NCBI GenBank assembly: GCA_964348015.1
Contig: CAYGBC010000039.1
Coordinates: forward strand, 77,998-141,997
From: an uncultured Eubacteriales bacterium
Lineage (GTDB): Bacteria > Acidobacteriota > Aminicenantia > Aminicenantales > Aminicenantaceae
Direction of reading: 5' to 3'
DNA length: 64,000 bases
In this document: positions 28,786-37,871 of the stretch, piece by piece
How the letters are laid out: every line of letters starts with the position of its first letter
Numbering within the stretch: position 1 is the stretch's first letter
Position numbers and translations under genes: made by a program
Notes under the pieces: generated by a model
What the model was told of the DNA's origin: nothing
Databases searched by the model: none
Seen by the model: only the letters and a program-made list of their open reading frames with translations

Positions 28786-29304
28786 ATGGACTCCTTCAAG
28801 GTTGGCGATAGCATCATTTATCCCAATCAAGGGTTAGGCATAATTGAAGACATCCAGGTTGCGGATTACTTCGGGGAAAGATCCAAGGTTTATCATCTAC
28901 GGATTCTTTCGAACAATACTCTCGTCTTGGTTCCTTCATCCAGTGCAGAAGAAATCGGGATTCGAAAACCGATTTCAGCGAGGTCTATCAAGAAGATTTT
29001 TGACTTTATGCGGAACGGCGATGTTGATGTCTCGATGAACTGGAAGGGAAGATACAAGGAGCACCTGAACCTTCTGAAATCCGGGACGATGACGGACATG
29101 GCCTTGGTCTTGAAGAGTTTGTATTATCTGAATCTGATCAAGCCCCTCTCTTTCCGTGAGAAGAAAATGATGGAAAAAGTGAAAGAGCTGATTGTTTCGG
29201 AAATCTCTGAAGTGTCTGCGACTTCCAATTCAGCGATTGAGCAGAAAGTTATGGAAACTCTTTCCCTTTGCTTTAAAGACATCGATTCCCGTTTGGATTC
29301 CTGA
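28786..29304 (+). CDS. carD: CarD/CdnL family RNA-polymerase-binding transcription factor
   Basis: 172 aa with N-terminus MDSFKVGDSIIYPNQGLGIIEDI, typical of the CarD_CdnL_TRCF domain. Confidence 0.87.
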   Translation: MDSFKVGDSIIYPNQGLGIIEDIQVADYFGERSKVYHLRILSNNTLVLVPSSSAEEIGIRKPISARSIKKIFDFMRNGDVDVSMNWKGRYKEHLNLLKSGTMTDMALVLKSLYYLNLIKPLSFREKKMMEKVKELIVSEISEVSATSNSAIEQKVMETLSLCFKDIDSRLDS

Positions 29305-29314
29305 TTTAAAGGAA

Positions 29315-30577
29315 ATGCTCTTCCCTGCCTTTCTCCTTTTTATACTCTTTCTTCTGCTCAGCGCATTTTTCTCTTCTTCTGAGACTTCCTTTATCGCGGC
29401 CAGTCCGTATAGGCTGGATTATCTGGAAAAACAAGGCTCGAAAAGAGCGAAGCTTGTGAAAAGAATGATGAGAAAGGTGGACCATCTTCTGGCGACAATA
29501 CTCATCGGGAACACTCTGGTGAACGCTGCGGCGGCCTCAATTGCGACATTCATTTTCGTTACTTTCATTCCGAACAAGAATCAAGCCGTTTTGCTGGCCA
29601 CTCTGGTGACAACTTTTTTAATCCTCATACTTTCTGAGGTCACACCCAAAACCTACGCGGCCTACAATCCTATAAAGCTCTCTTTCCTGTTCGCGCGGCC
29701 GATAGGATTTTTTGTCGTGATTTTTTATCCTTTCGTCAAGATCTTTACTTTTATCTCCCGACTTCTCGTTCCCTCCTCTCGAAAAAGAGGGACAGCACTC
29801 GCTCACGCTCTCAGTGAGGAGGAGATCAAAGTCCTGTTGTCCATGGGAATAAAGGGGATGTCATCGCTTCGGAGAAAAATGATTTCAGGGGCATTGGACA
29901 TCGGCTCGCGCCCCATCCGGGAAGTCATGATCCCGCGTCCTCAGATCAAGGCGATTGAAATCACTTCTTCAAATCATTTCATACTGGATGTCATCCAATC
30001 CGCGGGTTTCTCCAGGTTTCCGGTGTACAAGGGAAGGCTGGACAATATCGAGGGAGTGATTCACGCGAAGGACGTGATTCCTTATCTTATTGATAATAAA
30101 GAATTTAAGTTGGTTTCTCTTCTCCGGAAACCGCTTTTTCTTCCTGAGACCGCTTCATTGGAAAGAGCTCTGCTGCAGATGCAGGAGACGGCAAACCATC
30201 TCGTTTTTGTTGTGGATGAATTCGGAAGCATGGAAGGGATCGTCACCCTTGAGGATATTATCGAGGAGATTGTGGGAGAGATCCAGGATGAGTACGATGC
30301 CAAAGAAGAGGATTTTTATGTCCAGATAGAAGAGAATGTGTATGTGATCAGAGGAGGGGCGTCGATCAAAAATATCAATCAGAGACTTTCCCTTGCCCTG
30401 CCCGAAAAGAGTGAGTACACAACACTCGCAGGCTTTTTTCTGCATGAGTTCGGGAAGATCCCTCATGAAGGGGAAGCATTGAATTATAAAAACCTTCAGT
30501 TCGTGGTGGAAAGGATGAGCAAGCACCGCATCAGCCTTATTCGGGTTATCAGACAGGCCGCGGAGGAAATGGAATAA
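29315..30577 (+). CDS. CNNM/TlyC-type transporter (DUF21 + CBS pair + CorC_HlyC)
   Basis: An N-terminal 4-TM DUF21-like region, a CBS pair, and the C-terminal transporter-associated domain. The ATG at 29315 (AAGGA upstream) avoids the 113-nt overlap with carD implied by the track start at 29192. Confidence 0.82.
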   Translation: MLFPAFLLFILFLLLSAFFSSSETSFIAASPYRLDYLEKQGSKRAKLVKRMMRKVDHLLATILIGNTLVNAAAASIATFIFVTFIPNKNQAVLLATLVTTFLILILSEVTPKTYAAYNPIKLSFLFARPIGFFVVIFYPFVKIFTFISRLLVPSSRKRGTALAHALSEEEIKVLLSMGIKGMSSLRRKMISGALDIGSRPIREVMIPRPQIKAIEITSSNHFILDVIQSAGFSRFPVYKGRLDNIEGVIHAKDVIPYLIDNKEFKLVSLLRKPLFLPETASLERALLQMQETANHLVFVVDEFGSMEGIVTLEDIIEEIVGEIQDEYDAKEEDFYVQIEENVYVIRGGASIKNINQRLSLALPEKSEYTTLAGFFLHEFGKIPHEGEALNYKNLQFVVERMSKHRISLIRVIRQAAEEME

Positions 30578-30579
30578 GA

Positions 30580-31032
30580 ATGAGAACCATCGCGAAGAAT
30601 AAAAAGGCAAAGTTCAACTATGAGATCCTGGAAAAGATTGAAACAGGCATTTCTCTTCTCGGAAGCGAAGTCAAGTCTGTAAGAGAAGGAAGGGTCAGTT
30701 TAAAAGAAAGCCATGCAGAGATCAAAGGAGGGGAAGTCTATCTCATCAACTGCAATATCAGTCCGTATGAAGCGGCAAGCCGTTTCAACCACGAGCCAAA
30801 AAGAGAGAGAAAGCTTCTGCTCCACCGCCGGGAAATCAAGCGTTTGACCGGAAAGATCCAGGAAAAAGGATTAACACTGGTTCCGACGAAAGTCTATTTC
30901 AACGATAAAGGCAAAGTGAAGGTCGAGGTCTCTTTGGCGAAAGGAAAGAAGGCTTACCAGAAGAGAGAGGCAATCCGAGAAAGGGACCGCGAAAGAGAAA
31001 TGAGAGCTGAACTCAAGAAGTCATTGCGATAG
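30580..31032 (+). CDS. smpB: SsrA-binding protein SmpB
   Basis: 150 aa with IAKNKKAKFNYEILEKIETGISLLGSEVKS. Confidence 0.93.
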   Translation: MRTIAKNKKAKFNYEILEKIETGISLLGSEVKSVREGRVSLKESHAEIKGGEVYLINCNISPYEAASRFNHEPKRERKLLLHRREIKRLTGKIQEKGLTLVPTKVYFNDKGKVKVEVSLAKGKKAYQKREAIRERDREREMRAELKKSLR

Positions 31033-31992
31033 TTCATACGCGAGCTTTATCGCCTCGATCATACTCTCGGGACTCGCCTTCCCGTGGCCGGCAATATCAA
31101 AAGCTGTCCCATGGTCAGGGGACGTGCGGATGAAAGGGAGGCCGAGAGTGACATTGACTCCATTTTCGAAAGATTCGAGTTTGAACGGGATGAGCCCCTG
31201 GTCGTGGTATTGGGCGATGACGATTTTTTCAGGATGATTCAAGGCCATCCGGAAGACAACATCAGGCGGATAGGGACCGTCGATTTTCATCCCTTTTTTC
31301 TGAGCGTAGTCTACGGCCGGAATGATCTCCTCCTCCTCCTCCGGGCCGAGAAGACCTTGTTCTCCCGCATGAGGATTTAATCCAGCGACCAGGAAGTGGA
31401 AGGTTCCGGGCTTAATGCTTTCGAGAGTGGTGTGAAGAGAGATGAAGAAATCTTGAAGATTCTTTTTTTTGATTCTCTCCAATGCGTGTTTCAACCGAAG
31501 GTGGTGGCTGAACAGGGCGACTTTCAACTCCTCTGACCAGAAAATCATGAGGGCCTGAGGGAAAATCTGGCTGAGAAAATCTGTGTGTCCCGACCATTTC
31601 AGGCCGGCAAGATTCCAGGAATGCTTGGAAATGGGAGCTGTGACCAGAGCCTGAACAGTGCCTTTTTGAGCCTCTTCCACCGCCCGCTCGAAGAAGAGGA
31701 ACGAGGCCTCTCCGTTCTCCTTTGAAGGGGATCCTTTTTTAACGGTTGTGAGAGGACTCGGAATCTCCAGGAGAGCAAGAGAAGATGACTGCAGATCACC
31801 GGTCTCATCAAAAGGGCGAATTTCTGTGCTGAGATTCAGGGCCCGCTTTTCTTCCTCGATCACGAGTGAAGACCCGAAGAGCAGATAGGAAATATCGGGA
31901 AGAGAATTTCTGGATGAAAGAGCCTTTAATACGGTTTCAGGTCCGATACCCCCTGGGTCCCCGAGAGTGATCCCGATCCTGGGAAGGCTCAT
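31021..31992 (-). CDS. pdxA: 4-hydroxythreonine-4-phosphate dehydrogenase
   Basis: 323 aa with GDPGGIGPE, SGHTDFL and PDHGTAFDIAG motifs. Its start overlaps the stop of the upstream Sm-like gene (ATGA). Confidence 0.9.
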   Translation of the reverse strand: MSLPRIGITLGDPGGIGPETVLKALSSRNSLPDISYLLFGSSLVIEEEKRALNLSTEIRPFDETGDLQSSSLALLEIPSPLTTVKKGSPSKENGEASFLFFERAVEEAQKGTVQALVTAPISKHSWNLAGLKWSGHTDFLSQIFPQALMIFWSEELKVALFSHHLRLKHALERIKKKNLQDFFISLHTTLESIKPGTFHFLVAGLNPHAGEQGLLGPEEEEEIIPAVDYAQKKGMKIDGPYPPDVVFRMALNHPEKIVIAQYHDQGLIPFKLESFENGVNVTLGLPFIRTSPDHGTAFDIAGHGKASPESMIEAIKLAYELSQ

Positions 31993-32312
31993 TTTTTTTG
32001 TTTTTGTTCTTTTGATTCCTTGGTGTCATTCAGCTTATACAGATACTTGATGCTGTTTTTATAGATCATGAGATTGGGAGCATCATCGCGGTTGAGCTTT
32101 ATGCATTTTTTATCATACCATTCGATATACCCTTTGATCGTCTCCCCGTCATTAAAAACAACTCCCATCGGAGTTTTTTTGTTCATCTGTTTGAGGTAGT
32201 AATAGTTTTCGGCATGCGTTTCAGATGGAGGGTGCGTTTTCTTTTTGGATGATTCGCGGCTCATCTTGTCCTTGATTTCGGATAAATTCGGTCTGATAAG
32301 CTTTCTATTCAT
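31989..32312 (-). CDS. Hfq-like (Sm-fold) protein with a basic N-terminal extension
   Basis: The pattern PMGVVFNDGETIKGYIEWYDKKCIKLNRDDAPNLMIYKNSIKYLY mirrors Hfq Sm1 (VxxxLxNGxxLxGxIxxFD) and Sm2 (YKHAI). The ATG at 32312 is preceded by GGAGAAG. The track start at 32327 is TTG. Confidence 0.5.
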   Translation of the reverse strand: MNRKLIRPNLSEIKDKMSRESSKKKTHPPSETHAENYYYLKQMNKKTPMGVVFNDGETIKGYIEWYDKKCIKLNRDDAPNLMIYKNSIKYLYKLNDTKESKEQKQKK

Positions 32313-32483
32313 AGTTGGCTTCTCCAAGAATTAAGCTGGTAAGAGTGTCAGAAATTCTTTACTCAACATGATAACATCATCATCTCAAAATTTCAAGAAT
32401 TTTGGAGAGCTTCCTTAACAGATTGCTTGAGTTCCAAAGATATTGTCCCGGAAATAGGGATGTTTCCATTTCTGGACCGGAAA

Positions 32484-32512
32484 TTGACTTCCCGCAGATG
32501 CTGTGCTATAAG
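32484..32512 (+). promoter_or_regulatory. candidate sigma70-type promoter for the SDR gene
   Basis: TTGACT 32484-32489, 17-nt spacer, TATAAG 32507-32512. This implies a 5' UTR of about 105 nt. Confidence 0.4.
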
Positions 32513-32623
32513 CGGGGCGCATTCAGTCAGAATGATCAATCTGAAAGGGAGAAATCCAGAGATGCTCCCAGGAACTGTTATATCTTTTTTGGAGGATGGA
32601 TTTTTATATCAGGAGGGAAGGAA

Positions 32624-33388
32624 ATGAAGAACTTCGGAGAAGCCTTGAAGGGCAAAGTCGCTCTTGTTACGGGTGGAGGACGGGGGATAGGAAAGGGAAT
32701 TGCTCTGAAGCTTTCTCAGGCTGGAGCCGCCGTTGCGATCGGTGATATCGATGTGGATCGAGCGAAGCAGAGTGCTGGCGAATTGACCAGAGAGTCCGGA
32801 AGAGCCGCCTTTTATCAGGTGGATGTGACCAAGTCGGAATCGATCGAAACTGCAGTGAGAATGGTACTGGAGGAATTCAATCAAATAGACATCCTCGTCA
32901 ACAATGCGGGGATAATGTTTCGAACGCGGATACCGGATATTTCTCTCGAAGAATGGAACAACACTCTCCGGGTGAACCTCACAGGCCCTTTTCTTTTGTG
33001 CAAAACCGTGATTCCTTTGATGAAAAGGAACAACTACGGGAGAATCGTGAACATCTCTTCTTCAGCGGGCAGGAGCGTGAGCACTCTGGGAGGGGCCCAT
33101 TACACGGCCTCCAAGGCCGGATTATTGGGGTTCACGAGGGCAGTGGCCAAGGAAGTTTCCTCTTTCGGGATCACTGTGAATGCAGTGTGTCCTGGGCTGA
33201 TTGATACGCAGATGGCCAGGGATACAACCACACCGGAAGAGCTGGAGAAATTCCTCGATTCCTTCCCGATCAAAAGGCTAGGTCGGCCGGAGGAAATCGG
33301 AGATTTGGTGGCCTTCCTCTGCTCTGAGAAAGCGTCTTATATCACCGGAGCTTCTGTAGATATTAACGGCGGAGACCTTATGATTTGA
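32624..33388 (+). CDS. short-chain dehydrogenase/reductase, FabG-like 3-oxoacyl-ACP reductase family
   Basis: 254 aa from the ATG at 32624 (GGAGGGAAGGAA upstream). Motifs are TGGGRGIGKG, NNAG and YTASKAG. Confidence 0.85.
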   Translation: MKNFGEALKGKVALVTGGGRGIGKGIALKLSQAGAAVAIGDIDVDRAKQSAGELTRESGRAAFYQVDVTKSESIETAVRMVLEEFNQIDILVNNAGIMFRTRIPDISLEEWNNTLRVNLTGPFLLCKTVIPLMKRNNYGRIVNISSSAGRSVSTLGGAHYTASKAGLLGFTRAVAKEVSSFGITVNAVCPGLIDTQMARDTTTPEELEKFLDSFPIKRLGRPEEIGDLVAFLCSEKASYITGASVDINGGDLMI

Positions 33389-33394
33389 AAAAAA

Positions 33395-33495
33395 GGGGAC
33401 AGGCTATTTTTTCTGCAAGAAAGGGGACAGTCCCTCTCTTTCTCTAATGTAAGGACTGAAAGGGACAGTCCCCGAAGAAAAAGAAGCCTGTCCCC
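33395..33495. terminator. composite bidirectional terminator-like nested inverted repeat between convergent genes
   Basis: The outer perfect 10-bp stem GGGGACAGGC (33395-33404) / GCCTGTCCCC (33486-33495) is flanked by an A6-7 run on one side and T4 on the other. The inner units are GGGGACAGTCCC, GGACTG and GGGACAGTCCCC. Confidence 0.5.
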
Positions 33496-33497
33496 TT

Positions 33498-36400
33498 TTA
33501 TTGAGGATGTTTTTTGAGAGCCTGGTAGACGAGAGGAAGAACCAGCAGCGTGACCAGGGTGGAGGTGACGAGCCCGCCGACGACCACTGTGGCCAGCGGC
33601 CTTTGAATCTCTGCACCAGGACCCTTCGCCAAAAGAAGCGGCATGATACCGAAGATCGTGGTGAATGTCGTCATCAGGACTGGCCTGATCTTCGAGTTCA
33701 CTCCCTCGATGATGGCTTCTTTCATCGACGCGCCATGAGAGAGGCGTCTGTGGAAGGAGGTCAGGAGCACAAGGCCGTCCTCCAGGGCGATCCCGAAAAT
33801 GGCGATGAACCCGATGGAGGCCGGAATGCTCAAATAGAGACCCGAAATCTTGAGGGCGATAATCCCTCCTGTCAGAGCCAGGGGCACGTTGATCAGAATG
33901 ATCAGCGCTTCCTGAAAAGAATAGAAGATGGTGAACAAAAGAAGGACGACGAGAGCGAGCGTGATGGGCGTGATGATCGTCAATCGTCTATTCGCCTGCC
34001 GATGGAGTTCGAACTGCCCTCCCCACTTGAGCGAATACTCTGGAGGAAGCTTGACTTGCGTTTCGATTTCCCTCTGAGCTTCGCTGACAAACCGGCCAAT
34101 ATCCCTTCCTCTGATGTTGCACTGCACGGTGATGAACCTTTTGTTGTGCTCACGGTTGATCACCCGTGGTCCGACGACCTCCTCGACAGTTGCCAGGGAC
34201 CCGAGCGGAACTTGTCCTCCTCCGGGAATTCGAATCAGTAAGTTTTCGATCTGCTCGATATCCGCCCTGAATTCTGGCGCAAACCGGAGAAAAATGTCGA
34301 ATCTTTTCTGTCCTTCATACACCTGGCCGACCGTCATCCCCCCTACAGCAGCCTTGATCGTTTCCTGAATGTCGTTGATATTCACACCGAAGCGGGCGAT
34401 TTGCTCTCTGGAGAGAACGACCTGGATGTGGTTTTGGCCGGTGAACTGCTCGACCTGGACGTTTGCCGCTCCTTCCATGTTTAACAGAGCCTCTTTTATT
34501 TCGATTGATTTTTCCTTGAGGACATCGAAATCTCTGCCGTAGACTTTTATGGCCAGTTGAGCCTTGACTCCTGTGATGAGTTCATCCAGATTGTGGGCAA
34601 TGGGCTGTGTGATGTTGAGGTTCACTCCGGGGAAATCTTCCAGCCGGTGTTCAATCTCATGCATGAGTTCATTTTTATTCTTAAAATATTCCCATCTTTG
34701 TACAGGCTTATGCTGAACCAGGATTTCCGCATCATTTACAAAGTGCGCGTGACTTCCAACCTCCCCTCTTCCTATACGGCTCAAAACCCCGGTCACCTCA
34801 GGGATGTCTTTGAGCGCTTTCTCGATGGAAGTCGCCGTCGAAATAGTCTCCTGGAGACTAATGTTCGGGTCGAATATAGCTCGGACGTGCAGGGTTCCTT
34901 CTTCCAGGTAAGGGATGTATTCTCTTCCCATGAAGGGGATGAGGGAGATCCCGGATAAAAAAACGAGGAAAGTGATCAGGAAGACTTTCTTTCGATGTTT
35001 CTGGCACAGGGCGAAAAAAGGAAGATAGGCTTTCTTTATATTCCTTATCAGGAAGGGCTCTTTTGTGATCCTTGTCTTTGGCTTTAAGAAGTAGAAAGAG
35101 AGGGCGGGGGCTGAAACCAGAGCATAGAGTAGAGATCCAACCAGGGCGAAAGAAATGGCATAGCCCATCGGCCGGAACATGATGCCTTCCACTCCGGTCA
35201 GGGTGAATATCGGGAGAAAGACAATTATGATGATCACGATAGCAAAGAAAAGCGGGCGGCCCACTTCTCCTCCTGCACGGCACACGGCCTGAACTTTGTT
35301 TTCATGCTTCATCTGGAGGTGGCGGTGTGTATTTTCGACAAGAATAATGGACGCGTCCGCTATCAATCCTATCCCGATGGCCAATCCGCCGAAGGACATC
35401 AAATCCGCGGCGAGGTTGATCCTCTGCATCATGATGAATGTGAACAAAATGGAGAAAGGAAGAGCAAGGACTGTTATGAGGGCAGAGGGGAAATCTCCCA
35501 TGAACAGGAAAAGGACGATAATGATAAGGATGATTCCGATAATCAGGTTCCAGGACACCGTGGAAAAGCATTTTTTGACTAGAGAGGCCTGGTTGTAGAA
35601 AGGAACGATTTCTACTCCCGGAGGAAGTGATTTGTTGATTTCTGAAATTCTCGACTCGATGTTTTTGATGACGTGCGCGGTGTTCGAGCCAAAAAGCTTC
35701 AAGATCATACCGACGACTTTCTCCCCTTCGCCGTTGACCAGGGCCGCTCCTCTCTTGATGGCCGGGAGGACGCGGATAGAGCCCACATCCCTCAGAAAAA
35801 TGGGAGTTCCTTTATGGCTGGTGATGACGATAGCCTCGAGGTCTTCGAGGGTGTGAATAAGCCCCACACTTCGGATGATGTATTCCTCTTTTCCTTTGGT
35901 GATGAAGCTGGCGCCAATATTCTGGTTGTTGAGTCTGACCTTTTCGGTGATGTCAGATATGGTGAGGTTGTACTTGAGAAGGGATTGAGGGTTGAGAAGG
36001 ATCTGGAATTGCTTGACGTCTCCTCCGATGCTCAGAACCTGGGAGACTTCGGGCACGGATTTCAGCTCATACTTCACCACCCAGTCCTGGAGGGTTCTGA
36101 GTTCGAGAGGAGAGAAATTGTCTCCTTCCAGATAGTACAGGTAAACCAGACCCAGTCCTGTCGCAATGGGTCCTAGAACCGGACTGTGGGCTTGAGCTGG
36201 GATATTGTCTTCGGCTTCAAGAAGGCGCTGGGAGACGAGTTGCCTGGCCCAGTAGATGTCGGTCTTATCCTCAAAATAAACGTTAACTACAGAGAGGGCA
36301 AAGGTGGAAAAAGAACGGATATTCCTGACTTGGGGAAGGCCGAACATCGAGGATTCGATGGGATAGGAGATGAGCCTTTCGACTTCTTCTGGTGCCATCC

Positions 36401-36563
36401 CTTCCGCTTCGGTGTAGACCTGGACAAGCGGAGGGGATGGATCCGGAAAAACATCGATGGGGAGCAGCTGGAAAGCCAGGATTCCCAATAAAGCGATCAG
36501 GGCCGTGGATATGACAATAAACAGCCTCTGCTTGAGCGAGAAGTTTATGATTTTTGATATCAT
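33498..36563 (-). CDS. heavy-metal-efflux (HME) type RND inner-membrane transporter, CzcA/CusA family
   Basis: 1021 aa with 12-TM RND architecture. TM4 has ADASIILVEN (the DxxxxxxEN motif of HME-RND). Confidence 0.88.
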   Translation of the reverse strand: MISKIINFSLKQRLFIVISTALIALLGILAFQLLPIDVFPDPSPPLVQVYTEAEGMAPEEVERLISYPIESSMFGLPQVRNIRSFSTFALSVVNVYFEDKTDIYWARQLVSQRLLEAEDNIPAQAHSPVLGPIATGLGLVYLYYLEGDNFSPLELRTLQDWVVKYELKSVPEVSQVLSIGGDVKQFQILLNPQSLLKYNLTISDITEKVRLNNQNIGASFITKGKEEYIIRSVGLIHTLEDLEAIVITSHKGTPIFLRDVGSIRVLPAIKRGAALVNGEGEKVVGMILKLFGSNTAHVIKNIESRISEINKSLPPGVEIVPFYNQASLVKKCFSTVSWNLIIGIILIIIVLFLFMGDFPSALITVLALPFSILFTFIMMQRINLAADLMSFGGLAIGIGLIADASIILVENTHRHLQMKHENKVQAVCRAGGEVGRPLFFAIVIIIIVFLPIFTLTGVEGIMFRPMGYAISFALVGSLLYALVSAPALSFYFLKPKTRITKEPFLIRNIKKAYLPFFALCQKHRKKVFLITFLVFLSGISLIPFMGREYIPYLEEGTLHVRAIFDPNISLQETISTATSIEKALKDIPEVTGVLSRIGRGEVGSHAHFVNDAEILVQHKPVQRWEYFKNKNELMHEIEHRLEDFPGVNLNITQPIAHNLDELITGVKAQLAIKVYGRDFDVLKEKSIEIKEALLNMEGAANVQVEQFTGQNHIQVVLSREQIARFGVNINDIQETIKAAVGGMTVGQVYEGQKRFDIFLRFAPEFRADIEQIENLLIRIPGGGQVPLGSLATVEEVVGPRVINREHNKRFITVQCNIRGRDIGRFVSEAQREIETQVKLPPEYSLKWGGQFELHRQANRRLTIITPITLALVVLLLFTIFYSFQEALIILINVPLALTGGIIALKISGLYLSIPASIGFIAIFGIALEDGLVLLTSFHRRLSHGASMKEAIIEGVNSKIRPVLMTTFTTIFGIMPLLLAKGPGAEIQRPLATVVVGGLVTSTLVTLLVLPLVYQALKKHPQ

Positions 36564-36599
36564 GGATCTCGATTAACCGGATAATGGCATGTGTATGGA

Positions 36600-37871
36600 T
36601 TAATGGACGTGTGCCTGTCCGAAAGTTCCCTTGTTAATTTCTGATTTCAGTTTGAAAGCGCCCTGGATGACTATTTTCTGTCCCTCTTTTAGACCCTGAG
36701 CGATTATCCTCCTCTTCCCGATTTTTCTCCCCAGTTCCACATGCTGGACAGCAAATACATCCGTGTCTTCCAGGATGAACACGATTTTTTCCCCGTTCAA
36801 AGTCTGAACCGCTTCTTCCGGAACCGCAAGGAGTTTTTGCCCTGCAGCTTTGTTTTCGATGATCCCCTGGATGTACATGTTCGGCTTGAGCAGCGCCTGA
36901 TCGTTTTTGACTTCGACTCTGATTTTGATCGTCCTCAATTTTTCATCGATTGTATCGCTGATATAAGTTATTTTTCCTTTAAATTCTCTTCCGGGATAGA
37001 GAGACGACAGAATAATCACTTCGCTCTCTTTCTTGATGAAGGGGAGATCTTTCTCATAGGCGTCCAGGAGGGCCCACAGCATCCGGAGGTCGGAGACGGT
37101 TAACAGAACTTTTTTGGGTTCGACATGCTCTCCAAGGATAACATCTCTGAAGGTGATCGTTCCTTTGAGGGGAGACAGGATGGAAAGGTTGGGGTCTGCG
37201 AGATCGCAGAGGTTGTCATCGAATTTCCGGGACGCACATTTTTCTATGAGCTTTTCCGTTTGCTCATGGTCGAAACCGTAAGAGTGAAGGATGGATCCGA
37301 GCCCGCCCGCTTCGGTGGAGAGGCTCTCGAACTCCGCCTCTCTTCTTAAATATTCTCTCTCTTCGATCGCTTTCTCTTTGAACAGGATCTTGGCCCTTTC
37401 GTATTCCTTCCGGCTGAGGTTGAGCTTGGCCACAGTCTGGAGGAAATCGGCTTGGGCCTGCGCGAACTCGGGGGAATTGATTATCAGCAGGGCCTGCCCT
37501 TTCCGCACGCTATCTCCCAGGTCCGCAGCCAACGAGGCCACTTTTCCCTCGACAAGGGAAGAGATCTGAGCGGTGCGGTTTTGATCGAGCGAGAGGACTC
37601 CCGGCAGCGTGATCTGCGAGGCCACATCCTGTTGTACGGCTGATCCCACAACGATTCCCCACTCTTTCTGTTTTTGGGGAGACAGACGCAGGTCTTGATG
37701 CTCATGCTCTTCAGGTTCGGCGGCTTCAGACTCTTGGATTTTTTGTGATTGACCTTCGTGCTCATGAGTCTCTTGTTCAGGAGGAGGGGCTGGATCTGTC
37801 CTTTTGTCCGCACTGCAGGAGACGAGAATCAAAAACGAAAATAGCGAGAAGAAGATGATTTGTTTTTTCAT
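36600..37871 (-). CDS. RND periplasmic adaptor (membrane fusion protein), CzcB/CusB-like
   Basis: HlyD-type adaptor with a lipoprotein-like N-terminus (LILVSCSADK) followed by a His/Glu-rich stretch (ETHEHEG…EEHEHQD). The ATG at 37871 overlaps the upstream gene stop (ATGA). Confidence 0.85.
   Translation of the reverse strand: MKKQIIFFSLFSFLILVSCSADKRTDPAPPPEQETHEHEGQSQKIQESEAAEPEEHEHQDLRLSPQKQKEWGIVVGSAVQQDVASQITLPGVLSLDQNRTAQISSLVEGKVASLAADLGDSVRKGQALLIINSPEFAQAQADFLQTVAKLNLSRKEYERAKILFKEKAIEEREYLRREAEFESLSTEAGGLGSILHSYGFDHEQTEKLIEKCASRKFDDNLCDLADPNLSILSPLKGTITFRDVILGEHVEPKKVLLTVSDLRMLWALLDAYEKDLPFIKKESEVIILSSLYPGREFKGKITYISDTIDEKLRTIKIRVEVKNDQALLKPNMYIQGIIENKAAGQKLLAVPEEAVQTLNGEKIVFILEDTDVFAVQHVELGRKIGKRRIIAQGLKEGQKIVIQGAFKLKSEINKGTFGQAHVH

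Noticed and set aside
30580-31100. I looked for tmRNA (ssrA) next to smpB.
   Set aside because: smpB is followed immediately by convergent, overlapping pdxA. No tRNA-like acceptor/T-arm end (GGTTCGAnTCC…CCA) is visible anywhere nearby.
32402-32623. A 74-codon N-terminal extension of the SDR ORF in the track, and a similar 41-codon extension of the CNNM transporter ORF at 29192-29314.
   Set aside because: The extensions have no SDR or DUF21 similarity. One overlaps carD and the other covers a predicted promoter. Internal ATGs with good Shine-Dalgarno sequences give proteins with canonical N-termini.
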